A stretch of 64,000 bases of DNA from IMG/VR virus record IMGVR_UViG_3300000115_000005. The stretch is one strand, 5' to 3'. Of this stretch, positions 40,863 through 50,549 are shown piece after piece. Both the position numbers and the translations under genes were made by a program. The notes beneath the pieces were generated by a model. That model had not been told where the DNA came from. It was given only the letters and a program-made list of their open reading frames with translations, and made no database searches. This stretch comes from a virus. Positions within the stretch are counted from its first letter, which is position 1; the number at the start of each line of letters is the position of its first letter.

Positions 40863-41417
40863 ATGATAGATCCGGTATCAGCGTTAGCGCTGGCAGGAGC
40901 TGCTTTTAATGGAGTAAAGAAGGCTGTACAGTTAGGACAAGATGTTCAAAATGTCTACAACCAGTTAAGTAAATGGGCTGGTCATGTGGCAGATGTACAT
41001 GAACATATGAGTCAAAATGAAACGGAGAATAAACCTGGTTTATTCGAGAAAATAGGTTTTGCTAAATCAGCAACTTCTGAAGCATTTGATCATATAATTG
41101 CAAAACAGAAGTTGCAGGAAATGGAGAAAGAAATTAAGCATATGTTTTATTGGGGAGCTTTACAACATTTAGGGGCTGATGGGTATAAGGAATTTATTTT
41201 TAAAAGGCGCCAGATAAAAGCCAGTAGAGAAAAACAAGTTTATGAACAGTTAAGAAGGCGAAAAAAGTTTCTTAGTATGGTTAAACACTCAGTAATTGGA
41301 GGCACAGCTATAATATTAACAGCATGGGCGATGTGGTGGTCAATAGGATTTATATTAAGTGCTCCAGCTTTTCAAGACCAAGAAAACAAAATTGTAGCAA
41401 GTTCGGAGAATAAGTAA
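40863..41417 (+). CDS. membrane-anchored coiled-coil protein
   Basis: MIDPVSALALA N-terminus; C-terminal TM segment. Confidence 0.7.
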   Translation: MIDPVSALALAGAAFNGVKKAVQLGQDVQNVYNQLSKWAGHVADVHEHMSQNETENKPGLFEKIGFAKSATSEAFDHIIAKQKLQEMEKEIKHMFYWGALQHLGADGYKEFIFKRRQIKASREKQVYEQLRRRKKFLSMVKHSVIGGTAIILTAWAMWWSIGFILSAPAFQDQENKIVASSENK

Positions 41418-41762
41418 ATGGTAAAAGCCAAAACAACACAAGGAAAAAGATTACAACCAGGATCAGTATTAGAGAAATATGATATTGATGAAGATGGTGA
41501 AATAACAGACGCTGAAATAAAAGATATAAAAGAGATTGAAGATATTGAAAGAGCTAATAGAAGGCAAAAACATCAAAGAATGATGGCGTGGTATGCTTTA
41601 ATTGGAATGATAAGTTATCCAGCTTGTATTATGTTTTGTGAACTTATAGGTCTAACTAAATCAGCTGACTTACTTGCAACTATGGCTCCAACTTATTTTA
41701 TTGCGGCTGCTGGTGTTGCTGGTGCATTTATGGGTGTTACTGCTTGGATGAATAAAAAATGA
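41418..41762 (+). CDS. two-TM membrane protein with EF-hand-like loop (holin-like candidate)
   Basis: DIDEDGEITDAE loop; two hydrophobic helices. Confidence 0.6.
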   Translation: MVKAKTTQGKRLQPGSVLEKYDIDEDGEITDAEIKDIKEIEDIERANRRQKHQRMMAWYALIGMISYPACIMFCELIGLTKSADLLATMAPTYFIAAAGVAGAFMGVTAWMNKK

Positions 41763-41908
41763 AGAAGTTAAAAGATTTTAAAAAAGAAATTACACAAAGA
41801 AATTTAGTACATTTAAATGCTCCTAAATCGGGTGCAGGTAAACACTCAGATCGTAAAAGACAAACGAAACAAGGTTATATGAAACATAAAGGAAAAATGT
41901 ATGGCTGA
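41759..41908 (+). CDS. small basic protein (49 aa)
   Basis: Not in ORF track. MKKLKDFKKEITQRNLVHLNAPKSGAGKHSDRKRQTKQGYMKHKGKMYG; ATGA overlap. Confidence 0.65.
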   Translation: MKKLKDFKKEITQRNLVHLNAPKSGAGKHSDRKRQTKQGYMKHKGKMYG

Positions 41909-44606
41909 TCAATATGGAAATTTTAGTTTATTCTCAAAAAAAAATATAGCTCGGCCAACAGGTTATCAATATCCTGTAGGATTAACTACTTTTTCAGAAG
42001 GCGGCGTTCCAACTGCAAACGCAGCCACAAATTCAACTGGCGGAACTCAAACAGTTAATGGTTCTATTGCTGTTCACACTTTTGATAGTTCAGCCACTTT
42101 TGTTCCTAAATTTGATGGGTTTGTTAATTTTCTTGTAGTTGGCGGAGGTGCTGGAGGTGCAGGTAACTTAGGTGGTGGTGGAGGTGCAGGTGGTGTTAGA
42201 CAAGGTATACTTTATGTAACAGAAGATACAACATACAATGTTTCTGTTGGTGGTGGAGGAGCTGGCGGAGGAACTGGAAGTGATGGAACAAATGGTGCAA
42301 ACGGAACTAATTCTATGTTCGCAACTGTTAGTTCATCAGGTGGAGGGTATGGTGCTCAAGGAGGCGGTGGTTCTCCAAACTCTGAAAACGGAGCTTTAGG
42401 TGGTTCAGGCGGAGGTGCAGGAGGATATGCAGCTGATAGAGATGGTGGTTTCGGTAATAAAGGTCTTATTTTTCCAGTAGAGGGTCATGATGGTGGTAGA
42501 GGTGATTCAGCTGGAGCAGCTCTTGGAGCTGGTGGCGGAGGCGGAGGTGCTGGAGCACCAGGCGGTGATAGTATTGGAGGTAGTCCTGGAGGTTCAGTTC
42601 CAAAAATGGGTTTTTCTCATGGTGGTGCAGGAGTAAATTCAAGTATAGATTTCACATCTACTGCTTATGGAGGTGGAGGTGGCGGAGGAATATATGGTCC
42701 AGCTAGCAGCTCACCGGCTGGACTTCCAGGATTTCCACAAGGCGGAGCCGGTGGTGGCGGTAATGGAGGATATGCTAGTGTAGCAGGTGTTGCAGGCACT
42801 ACGAATCGTGGTGGAGGCGGAGGCGGTGGAGGATATCCTGGTTCTGCTGGAGGTGCAGGCGGTTCAGGACGAATTATTATAAGTTACAATTCAACACAGG
42901 GTACTGGAACTGCAAACGGTTTTCCAGGATCTACTGGCGGTACAAAAACAACATCAAATGCTTATGCTGTTCATAAATTTACATCATCTGGAACTTTTGT
43001 TCCAGATTTTGATGGTTCGCTTGAAGCTTTAATTATTGCAGGAGGTGGAGGTAGTGGAAATGGTAATGGCGGTGGCGGTGGTGCAGGTGGTGTTTTATTA
43101 AAACAAGGAATAGCAGTTACAGATGGAACATCATATACTATAACAGTTGGTGATGGAGGAGCAGGTTCTTCTCCTGCTACAGCTACCTCTGCTGGAGCTA
43201 ACGGTGCTAATTCAGGTTTCGGTGATACTTACTATGCTCAAGGTGGTGGAGGTGGTGGGGGTGGTTATAATCCAGGTACTCACGGACGTGGTATGAGTGG
43301 AGGTTCCGGCGGCGGTGCTGGATATACCGGACCTAATGTTGGTGGTCTTGGTACTGATCATCAAGGAACAGCAGGCGCTAGTGCTCCAGCTTCCAATCGA
43401 CCTGCTGGTGGAGGTGGTGCAACTCAAGCAGGTCATGAGGGATCTGCTGGTACAGGTGGAAAAGGTGGCGATGGATTTTATTCTAATTTTGAAAATGAAG
43501 CTGTTACTGTTGCTTATGCAGGTGGTGGCGGAGGTGGAGCTGCTACACCTGGTGCAGGAGGTATAGGAGGTGGCGGTGCTGGGGGAGCTGCTGGCACAGC
43601 AAATCGTGGTGGCGGAGGCGGAGGCGGTGCGCCCAGTGCTGTTGGCCAAGCTGGCGGTTCAGGTGTTGTAATTGTAAGATACGCTAGAACTAACCAACCA
43701 GGAATTGTGTCACAAGGTGGTTCATCAACTGGCGGAACTATAAGCCTTCCGGGTGATGGTTATAGAGTGCATACTTTTAATAGTCCTGCAACATTTACAC
43801 CTTCAGAAGATATGGAAGTAGATTATCTAATCGTAGGTGGTGGCGGTGGTGGAGGTGGTAATTATAATGGTGGAGGTGGCGGCGCCGGTGGGTTAGTTTA
43901 TAGAGAACAACAATCAGTAACAGGCGGTACAGGATACCCAGTTGTTATTGGTGCTGGTGGAGCTGCAGGAAACGGACCACCAAATACTGCTGGAGCTAAC
44001 GGATCAAACTCTGTTGCATTTTCAGTAACAGCACTCGGAGGTGGAGGCGGTGGTCACTATGATGGACCAGGAGGTAGAGGTGGTGGTTCTGGAGGTGGCG
44101 GTGTTGGAGGACCAGGAGCCTCTAGACCTGGAGCACTTGCAGGATTAAGTTTTCAAGCTGCTACCGGAATTGGAGGAGCAGGTAGTTCAGGAGGTGGTGG
44201 TGTAATCGTAGATTGGGGTGCTTCAGGTGGCGGAGGCGGTGCTGGTGGAAAAGGTAGTACAGGTCATGCCGCTGCCCGTAACGGACCTGGAGGTGGAGGT
44301 TTAGCTTTCAACATATCAGGAGATATGGTAGGTTATGCCGGTGGCGGAGGTGCTGGTTCAACACCGAATGGTGTTACCGGAGGAATAGGTGGTTTCGGAG
44401 GTGGAGCTAATGGCGCCTCTCAAGCTGCAACCGTAGATGCAATTGCGAATCGAGGTGGTGGAGGTGGAGGTGGTTACACACCAGCTTCACCAGCTGGGGG
44501 ATCAGCCGGAGGTTCAGGTGTTGTAATTGTAAGATATAAACAAAGTAAAGTTCAAACAGCAGAAGAAAAATATTCTATTGGCGGTGCAACGGGAGGTCCG
44601 GTATAA
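41901..44606 (+). CDS. Gly-rich virion/fibre-like protein with three tandem Gly-rich domains
   Basis: Three TGGT..VH.F..GGSG.(V/I)I..Y units; termini shared with 749..1753. Confidence 0.85.
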   Translation: MADQYGNFSLFSKKNIARPTGYQYPVGLTTFSEGGVPTANAATNSTGGTQTVNGSIAVHTFDSSATFVPKFDGFVNFLVVGGGAGGAGNLGGGGGAGGVRQGILYVTEDTTYNVSVGGGGAGGGTGSDGTNGANGTNSMFATVSSSGGGYGAQGGGGSPNSENGALGGSGGGAGGYAADRDGGFGNKGLIFPVEGHDGGRGDSAGAALGAGGGGGGAGAPGGDSIGGSPGGSVPKMGFSHGGAGVNSSIDFTSTAYGGGGGGGIYGPASSSPAGLPGFPQGGAGGGGNGGYASVAGVAGTTNRGGGGGGGGYPGSAGGAGGSGRIIISYNSTQGTGTANGFPGSTGGTKTTSNAYAVHKFTSSGTFVPDFDGSLEALIIAGGGGSGNGNGGGGGAGGVLLKQGIAVTDGTSYTITVGDGGAGSSPATATSAGANGANSGFGDTYYAQGGGGGGGGYNPGTHGRGMSGGSGGGAGYTGPNVGGLGTDHQGTAGASAPASNRPAGGGGATQAGHEGSAGTGGKGGDGFYSNFENEAVTVAYAGGGGGGAATPGAGGIGGGGAGGAAGTANRGGGGGGGAPSAVGQAGGSGVVIVRYARTNQPGIVSQGGSSTGGTISLPGDGYRVHTFNSPATFTPSEDMEVDYLIVGGGGGGGGNYNGGGGGAGGLVYREQQSVTGGTGYPVVIGAGGAAGNGPPNTAGANGSNSVAFSVTALGGGGGGHYDGPGGRGGGSGGGGVGGPGASRPGALAGLSFQAATGIGGAGSSGGGGVIVDWGASGGGGGAGGKGSTGHAAARNGPGGGGLAFNISGDMVGYAGGGGAGSTPNGVTGGIGGFGGGANGASQAATVDAIANRGGGGGGGYTPASPAGGSAGGSGVVIVRYKQSKVQTAEEKYSIGGATGGPV

Positions 44607-44923
44607 TTAAGAAACTTTTTCTTCTTCTCATAGTCTTAAGCTTTAGTGTAGGTGCGGTACCACCACCAAGAGGTGTTGATCCTGTTGAAGCAAAAAAACG
44701 TGAAAGAATTAATAAGATACAAAGAGAGAAAGATCGTAGAGATGATATGTGGTGTTATATCAAACAGAAAAAGAAATTATCTGATGGTGGGTTTCAATGT
44801 ATATACACTTGTCCAGCTAGATGGAAAAATGGTAAAAGGCCTGAACCACATATAGAAAGTAATAATGTGGGACCAGGTTTTGGTTGCCCTAGTTCAATGA
44901 ATGTTTTAAGGAGAGGTAGATGA
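44606..44923 (+). CDS. secreted Cys-containing protein, non-ATG start
   Basis: Frame IKKLFLLLIVLSFSVGA..WC..CIYTC..GC..RRGR fills the gap exactly; GGAGG at 44592-44596; ATGA overlap with cytochrome c. Confidence 0.6.
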   Translation: MKKLFLLLIVLSFSVGAVPPPRGVDPVEAKKRERINKIQREKDRRDDMWCYIKQKKKLSDGGFQCIYTCPARWKNGKRPEPHIESNNVGPGFGCPSSMNVLRRGR

Positions 44924-45291
44924 TTAGGATAATAAATGCAATTGTAATACCAATTTGGTTTATACTTTTTATTTGGATCTTTACATCAACACAAGTATTA
45001 GCAAGTAATAGCGTTCAAGATACTAGCATTGGAGACAAAGTAGCTGGTGAAAAAAGATACAATGTAAATTGTAAGAATTGTCATGGACCTGCCGGTAAAG
45101 GTGCAGCCAGTTATCCTAAAATATCAGGTAAAGAAATGTCTTATATAAAAGATAGATTAGAAACATATAGAAGTGGTAAAGAAATAGGACCTAATTCAGC
45201 TTTAATGATAATGATGGCAAAATCATTGACTGATGAAGAAATAAATAATTTAGCTGCGTATCTTAAAGATGCAAAATATATGGTGAAATAA
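44920..45291 (+). CDS. class I c-type cytochrome (c553/c554-like)
   Basis: Signal peptide, CKNCH heme motif, YPKI.G, distal Met region, L.DEEI..LAAYL. Confidence 0.92.
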   Translation: MIRIINAIVIPIWFILFIWIFTSTQVLASNSVQDTSIGDKVAGEKRYNVNCKNCHGPAGKGAASYPKISGKEMSYIKDRLETYRSGKEIGPNSALMIMMAKSLTDEEINNLAAYLKDAKYMVK

Positions 45292-45635
45292 TGAAACAAT
45301 TATTAGTAATGTTTACAATGTGGTTTGTATTATGTAGTGGTTTAATTTTTATTGCTAATGAAGCAACAGCGGCTTCATGTGGAAGTCCTTTTAGTGGTAA
45401 TCCACAAGCACCAAGATGGGATTTAATTAAAGCAGAAATTGACAAAGCAAATAAACATGAATATTATAGACCAGTACAAGTAAGAGAAAATATATTAGTT
45501 CATGTTTTATATGATGAAGAAAGAGAATATATTGTAATAAGTAAAACTGCTTCAATGTTAGTTCCTGAAGCTAGAGAACAATTCAAAATAGCTGTAAGAG
45601 AATGGATAAAAAAAGGAATCGAATATGGAAGTTAA
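45291..45635 (+). CDS. hypothetical exported protein
   Basis: N-terminal hydrophobic signal. Confidence 0.6.
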   Translation: MKQLLVMFTMWFVLCSGLIFIANEATAASCGSPFSGNPQAPRWDLIKAEIDKANKHEYYRPVQVRENILVHVLYDEEREYIVISKTASMLVPEAREQFKIAVREWIKKGIEYGS

Positions 45636-46029
45636 TCAAGAAACATTACAATTGATGGATCCTTTAGCAAAAATGCCAGAACAAGAAATGCCGGTTCCAT
45701 TTGTACTTGCTGAGAGTGCAGCTAAAAAAGTAAAAGAATTAATTAGGGAAAGTGGTGAAGAAGCTTCTCGAATGATGTTAAGAGTATTTGTACAAGGAGG
45801 AGGATGTTCTGGATTTCAATATGGCTTTTCTTTTGCTGAAGAGATAGAAGAAGATGATACTAAAGTAGAAAAGTTTGGTGTCACTATGTTAGTAGATAGT
45901 ATGAGTTATGGTTACTTGGTTGGTTCAGAAATCTATTATAAAGATGATCTTAATGGGTCACAATTTGTAATAAGAAATCCAAACGCCAAAGCAACTTGTG
46001 GGTGTGGTTCTAGTTTCGCTGCCGGTTAA
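45625..46029 (+). CDS. erpA: A-type Fe-S cluster insertion protein
   Basis: [39 protein letters not shown]. Confidence 0.93.
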   Translation: MEVNQETLQLMDPLAKMPEQEMPVPFVLAESAAKKVKELIRESGEEASRMMLRVFVQGGGCSGFQYGFSFAEEIEEDDTKVEKFGVTMLVDSMSYGYLVGSEIYYKDDLNGSQFVIRNPNAKATCGCGSSFAAG

Positions 46030-46249
46030 CAACTTTTAGAACATCTCTGTATTGGGTGAAGTGTAATTCATTCTCAACAAAATCTAAGAACTCACCAACA
46101 GTCCAATGGCTTATTGACTCACATTGTTTTTTATAATGCACAAATACAGTTAAGTTTTCTATATCTGAGATTGTTCTACTTATAGTAATCTTATCGTCAC
46201 CGTTTAAATTATTTTTAAGTATTGTAATATTTCTATCTCTAATGTTCAT
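46010..46249 (-). CDS. hypothetical protein
   Basis: TAATG-coupled to permease gene. Confidence 0.5.
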   Translation of the reverse strand: MNIRDRNITILKNNLNGDDKITISRTISDIENLTVFVHYKKQCESISHWTVGEFLDFVENELHFTQYRDVLKVVNRQRN

Positions 46250-47208
46250 TAAAATCCATTCGGTACTATTATGTAATGTATTGAAAGAACTATGCCTACT
46301 GAAGCACCTAATCCAATCATCATCTTAAAAAAATCTTTAGTGATAATAGGAAAGACTACTTTAAATTTACCATTACCTGTAACTGTAGCCATTGCAAGTT
46401 CACGACCACAAAGTAACCCAACAAATACCCATGTTGTTGACATTGGTATATCGTTTAGCTCTTTGAAAAACCATAATATAATAAAGTAAACACCATCAAT
46501 GATTGTTGCACTTCTTACATATCTAGTATTATGTTTTGATAATACTATTTGTTGAATTTTACCCCCACCTTCACGAAACATAAAACCTAAACCCATTACA
46601 AATAATAATGATATAGCAACCATTAAGTCCCATGGAATCACTCTAGGAAGGAATACAGCTATGTTTGCCATATCATGACCAAGCCATGTAAACCATAAAC
46701 AACCTGTGGTAAACCATTGGCCTATTCGCCAGTACCTTTTATGTTCTTCCTTGACATGATCAAACTCATTAAGTATTTTTGAAACTATAATCCAAATAAG
46801 ATAGGCTGCTACAGCTGCAACTGCATATCCCATCATAGACTTCATCAACATTTTTTCTAATACAAATGACGAGGCAAAAGCTGACAATACGAGAAAACTT
46901 GTACTAACTGGAATACCTACTCTGGTTAGTATTAATAGGATACCTGGTGCCATTGCATGATACCATTGAATCTCTTGAAAAGGTATTTTGTTTAATCGGC
47001 CATAACTTATATCACCACCATTAGTATACCAACCAAACCATAATGTATAAAGTAATACTGCACTTGCAAATCCCCAAAGAATTTTCCAATTAAATCTTTC
47101 TTTATTAGAAGCAATCCATGTTCCAAGTGTTTGAACAGAATCATTTGCAATTACAGCGTAACCAGCAAAAATAAAACCTACTGCCATCCAGAGAGTCATA
47201 ACGTCCAT
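46249..47208 (-). CDS. multi-pass permease, PiT (phosphate/sulfate) family-like
   Basis: ANDSVQTLGT, PVSTS, HDMANI, PMSTT resemble duplicated PiT signatures; many TM helices. Confidence 0.7.
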   Translation of the reverse strand: MDVMTLWMAVGFIFAGYAVIANDSVQTLGTWIASNKERFNWKILWGFASAVLLYTLWFGWYTNGGDISYGRLNKIPFQEIQWYHAMAPGILLILTRVGIPVSTSFLVLSAFASSFVLEKMLMKSMMGYAVAAVAAYLIWIIVSKILNEFDHVKEEHKRYWRIGQWFTTGCLWFTWLGHDMANIAVFLPRVIPWDLMVAISLLFVMGLGFMFREGGGKIQQIVLSKHNTRYVRSATIIDGVYFIILWFFKELNDIPMSTTWVFVGLLCGRELAMATVTGNGKFKVVFPIITKDFFKMMIGLGASVGIVLSIHYIIVPNGF

Positions 47209-47222
47209 ATTGTTTCTATCCC

Positions 47223-47246
47223 AAAAAAAACCCCGCCTAAGCGGGG
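47223..47246 (-). terminator. intrinsic terminator downstream of pqqA
   Basis: ccccgc-ttag-gcgggg followed by U8; nearly identical to terminator at 27665-27690. Confidence 0.9.
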
Positions 47247-47264
47247 TATCGTTAGCTAATAATA

Positions 47265-47342
47265 CTACTTAGATGCAACGTACATTGTGATTTCAAATCC
47301 AAATCTTAAATCAGTCGCTGCTGGCTTAGTCCATTTATTCAT
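47265..47342 (-). CDS. pqqA: pyrroloquinoline quinone precursor peptide PqqA
   Basis: Not in ORF track. [25 protein letters not shown]: W-x-x-P..DLR.GFE-x-T-x-Y with E-x-x-x-Y; AGGAGG RBS; own terminator. Confidence 0.93.
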   Translation of the reverse strand: MNKWTKPAATDLRFGFEITMYVASK

Positions 47343-47442
47343 AATGCCTCCTATATTAAATGGGTTATATAATAATTTAGTAAATGTTAGTGATATATGA
47401 TATAAAGAAAATCATGAGTTTCATATGATCTTAGTATAAACA

Positions 47443-47757
47443 CTAATCCTCTTTATTTTCTAATTTAGTGTCGTATGAATCTTCCCTACTATAATTTGTC
47501 TTTTTATTTAACTCATACATAGTATCTATACCTGTTTTTTCATCAACTTTTGTATAAACATCATTCCAAAATTGTTTTTTTGACAAATAACGAATTTGAT
47601 TCTCATCCATTTCTGAGCAGTTCACTAAAACCGTTGGTAATTGTTCATGCCAGTTGTCCATACCAACTTTTGATGCTTCAATTGCTTGCTTTTCACTATC
47701 AGCTTCAATTACATAGTAGTTTCTTGTGATCTCAAGCGTTTCGATCACATATTTCAT
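47443..47757 (-). CDS. hypothetical protein
   Basis: Y..E....Y.IEA.S...A pattern common in phage ORFs. Confidence 0.6.
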   Translation of the reverse strand: MKYVIETLEITRNYYVIEADSEKQAIEASKVGMDNWHEQLPTVLVNCSEMDENQIRYLSKKQFWNDVYTKVDEKTGIDTMYELNKKTNYSREDSYDTKLENKED

Positions 47758-48038
47758 GCTGTTTCCTTTTCTGTAAGTGTAGCTGTAGTGTAATTTCTAA
47801 CAGAATCCCAACGAAATGAGCGCCATTCTTGCTTTTCTAGATCAAGAACGGGTTGAGCTTTCGTATTTGCATCAAATTTTGGCTCAGTTTTCATTTTTGT
47901 GCCAAATTTTGCTACAAGAGCACCCGGATTTAGCGTACATATCATTTTTCTACGCTCTTTATTTAATTTTTCAAAAATAATTTCGACTTTGCCTTCTTCA
48001 AGGTCGTTAAATAGTTTCTTTTTGTTATTTGGACTCAT
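47754..48038 (-). CDS. WYL/SH3-like small protein
   Basis: F.K....R.M.CTL..DLEKQEWRSFRWD. Confidence 0.75.
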   Translation of the reverse strand: MSPNNKKKLFNDLEEGKVEIIFEKLNKERRKMICTLNPGALVAKFGTKMKTEPKFDANTKAQPVLDLEKQEWRSFRWDSVRNYTTATLTEKETA

Positions 48039-48486
48039 TTATTTTATCTCCAAGAATTGATTTCAACATATTTGTTACTTTTTTATTATACATTCTTAGT
48101 TTAATGTTTGTCAAGTAGGTTTCAAACCATTTGCCTGAAGTTTTTGTCTTACGAATGATTGCTCCGTAGACTCCGTGACCTGTAAGATTCATTATATAGC
48201 CCACAGGGTCGCCTAAAATTGCTTCAAATGAGCAATCAAACTCTGGATTATTCATTTTACTCGTTTTTAGCAAACAAATGTGATACTTATCGCCTAGTTT
48301 TGTGTTTTCGATTGGTTCGTGCGAGGCGTTTTTTTCAGTTACACTAAAATATTTGAAATCAAAGCCTTCTTCTTCATCATCTATTATTGGTAAAAAATAG
48401 AATCCATCATATTTCTCTGGAGCATCACTTTTATTCATCATATAATTTTTCTTATAAAGCTTTTTTGTAAAAAATGTGTGTGTCAA
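48025..48486 (-). CDS. hypothetical protein
   Basis: ORF in operon; true start probably ~48441. Confidence 0.55.
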   Translation of the reverse strand: MTHTFFTKKLYKKNYMMNKSDAPEKYDGFYFLPIIDDEEEGFDFKYFSVTEKNASHEPIENTKLGDKYHICLLKTSKMNNPEFDCSFEAILGDPVGYIMNLTGHGVYGAIIRKTKTSGKWFETYLTNIKLRMYNKKVTNMLKSILGDKINESK

Positions 48487-49078
48487 TTTTATCTATTCTA
48501 TATTTTGGCGCCGCCCAATTTGGACTTACATAATCAGCGTGATAATATAGTGCGTGTTGAAAGTTTTTCAACTCAAGACCACGGCTTAAAATTTTATATG
48601 CCATTTGTTTCGATTTTTTCCAAAGAGGACCTTTAGGATGTTTCCAACGAATTGAACGATTATTTGCCCATGAGAATTGATGGTGAGCCATAACAACTTT
48701 ACAGATTGAATCGCCCCAACGTCCACTTCTAAGTCTATTAAGAGTAACTTGTGCTACAGCTATTTTACCAAAGTCACTTTCTACGCCTGCTTCATGGTAA
48801 ATATTTTTTGCTAAACAGAATAAATCAATTGATTTGTATGTTACTGGATCTGGAACTGTGATCAACTCGTACTTGTCTTTTAAATCATCTATTTTATCTT
48901 GTTGTTCAATATTCAGCTCTTTGATTTTAACAATACTCTCTCTAATCTGATTTATTTCAACAAAGACTTGTTTGTCTCTTTGATATTTTATATCAAAATA
49001 AAGATAAAAAATTAAAATAGTAAGTAGGCTTAGAGATATAACTGCACCTAAGATTGTATGATACTGTTTCTTTTCCAT
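48452..49078 (-). CDS. cell wall hydrolase (SleB/Hydrolase_2) with N-terminal TM anchor
   Basis: CLAKNIYHEA, AVAQVTLNR, ICKVV..QFSW, YYHADYVSPNW, HIFY. Confidence 0.92.
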   Translation of the reverse strand: MEKKQYHTILGAVISLSLLTILIFYLYFDIKYQRDKQVFVEINQIRESIVKIKELNIEQQDKIDDLKDKYELITVPDPVTYKSIDLFCLAKNIYHEAGVESDFGKIAVAQVTLNRLRSGRWGDSICKVVMAHHQFSWANNRSIRWKHPKGPLWKKSKQMAYKILSRGLELKNFQHALYYHADYVSPNWAAPKYRIDKIDTHIFYKKAL

Positions 49079-49079
49079 A

Positions 49080-49295
49080 TTAGACCCTTATGAAAACTCC
49101 TACACCATAAACTAAAAACAAAAACATATTCATAATAAACAATGCCCAATCTTTTACGATATAAGCATATATCAAATATAAGAATGTTCCTAAACTAAGA
49201 AAAATAACACTAAAAGGTTGTATGTTGAAGGTAACAAATGTTGCACCTAACATAATGCAAAAGACACCACCCCAACGTAGTATTATATTTATCAC
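49080..49295 (-). CDS. small three-TM membrane protein
   Basis: Hydrophobic throughout. Confidence 0.6.
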   Translation of the reverse strand: MINIILRWGGVFCIMLGATFVTFNIQPFSVIFLSLGTFLYLIYAYIVKDWALFIMNMFLFLVYGVGVFIRV

Positions 49296-50518
49296 GCAAT
49301 CTTTTTCTGTATTTCAATCACATTATCTAAAGGATGAACTTTATTGAAAGAGTGGCCTTTCTGGTACTTTTTATATTGTCTGTCAACCTCAGAAGCAGAG
49401 ATAAACTTAGATACATCATCAAACTCTGTATCTTGCACAAAAAAATTGATACTGATAATCATATCCCAAAGACCATTAGTTGTATTCCATTTACATCTAT
49501 TTTTATTACCTAATTTATTCCTGTTTAATGACATCCTGTCTAGTGCTTTATGAATTGATTCCAAAAGATTGTATCTTTTTTTCACTAAATCATCATTATT
49601 TTTAGGCCTCTCACCTAAATGAACATACAATCTACTTCTACAACCAAATTGAAATTCATTTCTGGCAACAGCTGCAATTACATCTCTATCAATCATATTA
49701 CCTCTCATGACAATATTGACTATTCTTTCACCATTTGGATAATCTCTCGTTTTAACAACATCTGTCGAATTCTCGGGTTTACCATTAACCCACTCAGGTG
49801 CATTTGTATATCTTTTACCTGCTTTGTTAGGACCCTCACCATATAAGTGTTGTTTGATTAATTTTGCATCTAAGAGTTCAAACTTTACTTTTTTATTTAA
49901 CGCACCAAAAACTCTTTTTAAAATTTTGGTTCTACCAGCTTCTTTAGAAGAGGGACTCATATCTTTGATAATTTTAAGTACGTCATTTTCATCATTGGGT
50001 AATTTACCTTGAATATGTAAATCAATCAAACAAGATTCGATATCCTTTTCTTCTTGTTTAACATGAGGTTTTTCATCATTAGTTCGACCTCCAACAACAG
50101 CTTTTGCTACTGCATTATCGAACTCAAAAACCTCAAACCAAAACTCAAAATCTGGATTGTCCTCTATGTACATTGTGTATAGAGCATCTATTCTGTGGTG
50201 CCCTGCTACTAAACACCACCTCTTACTTGATTCACACCAATGTATGATTGGTAATTTCTCAGCTGTGTCCCAACCATGCTGTTCAAGATAGTCTTTCAAC
50301 TTTTGTCTATCTGAAGGTGAAATGACTTTTTCTCTATTGTGATTACCATCTTTATCAGATGATGGATTGTAAACATCACTAAGTTTTAATTTTTTACGCC
50401 CTACAAAATGAATTGCAGCTGCGTGTTCTGTATTTACGAAATCTAAATTAGAAGATGGTGTTAATTCATTTATCTTCTTCAACTTATATTGCGAATATTC
50501 TATTGGTGGTAAAAACAT
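49292..50518 (-). CDS. ParB/Srx-like N-terminal domain protein
   Basis: L...GW...PI...LVAGHHRIDA motif. Confidence 0.65.
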   Translation of the reverse strand: MFLPPIEYSQYKLKKINELTPSSNLDFVNTEHAAAIHFVGRKKLKLSDVYNPSSDKDGNHNREKVISPSDRQKLKDYLEQHGWDTAEKLPIIHWCESSKRWCLVAGHHRIDALYTMYIEDNPDFEFWFEVFEFDNAVAKAVVGGRTNDEKPHVKQEEKDIESCLIDLHIQGKLPNDENDVLKIIKDMSPSSKEAGRTKILKRVFGALNKKVKFELLDAKLIKQHLYGEGPNKAGKRYTNAPEWVNGKPENSTDVVKTRDYPNGERIVNIVMRGNMIDRDVIAAVARNEFQFGCRSRLYVHLGERPKNNDDLVKKRYNLLESIHKALDRMSLNRNKLGNKNRCKWNTTNGLWDMIISINFFVQDTEFDDVSKFISASEVDRQYKKYQKGHSFNKVHPLDNVIEIQKKIA

Positions 50519-50549
50519 AAAAACCTCATAATTTAATTAATATAATATC

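Noticed and set aside
43212-43649. ORFs 43212..43649 (-) and 43297..43566 (+)
   Set aside because: Shadows within the 901-aa Gly-rich gene
1-44606. Diversity-generating retroelement or invertible system acting on Gly-rich paralogs
   Set aside because: No reverse transcriptase or recombinase in the window, and no near-identical repeat pair with adenine-specific differences was seen
44652-44855. ORF track call 44652..44855
   Set aside because: A different frame (44606..44923) has a signal peptide, SD and coupling at both ends
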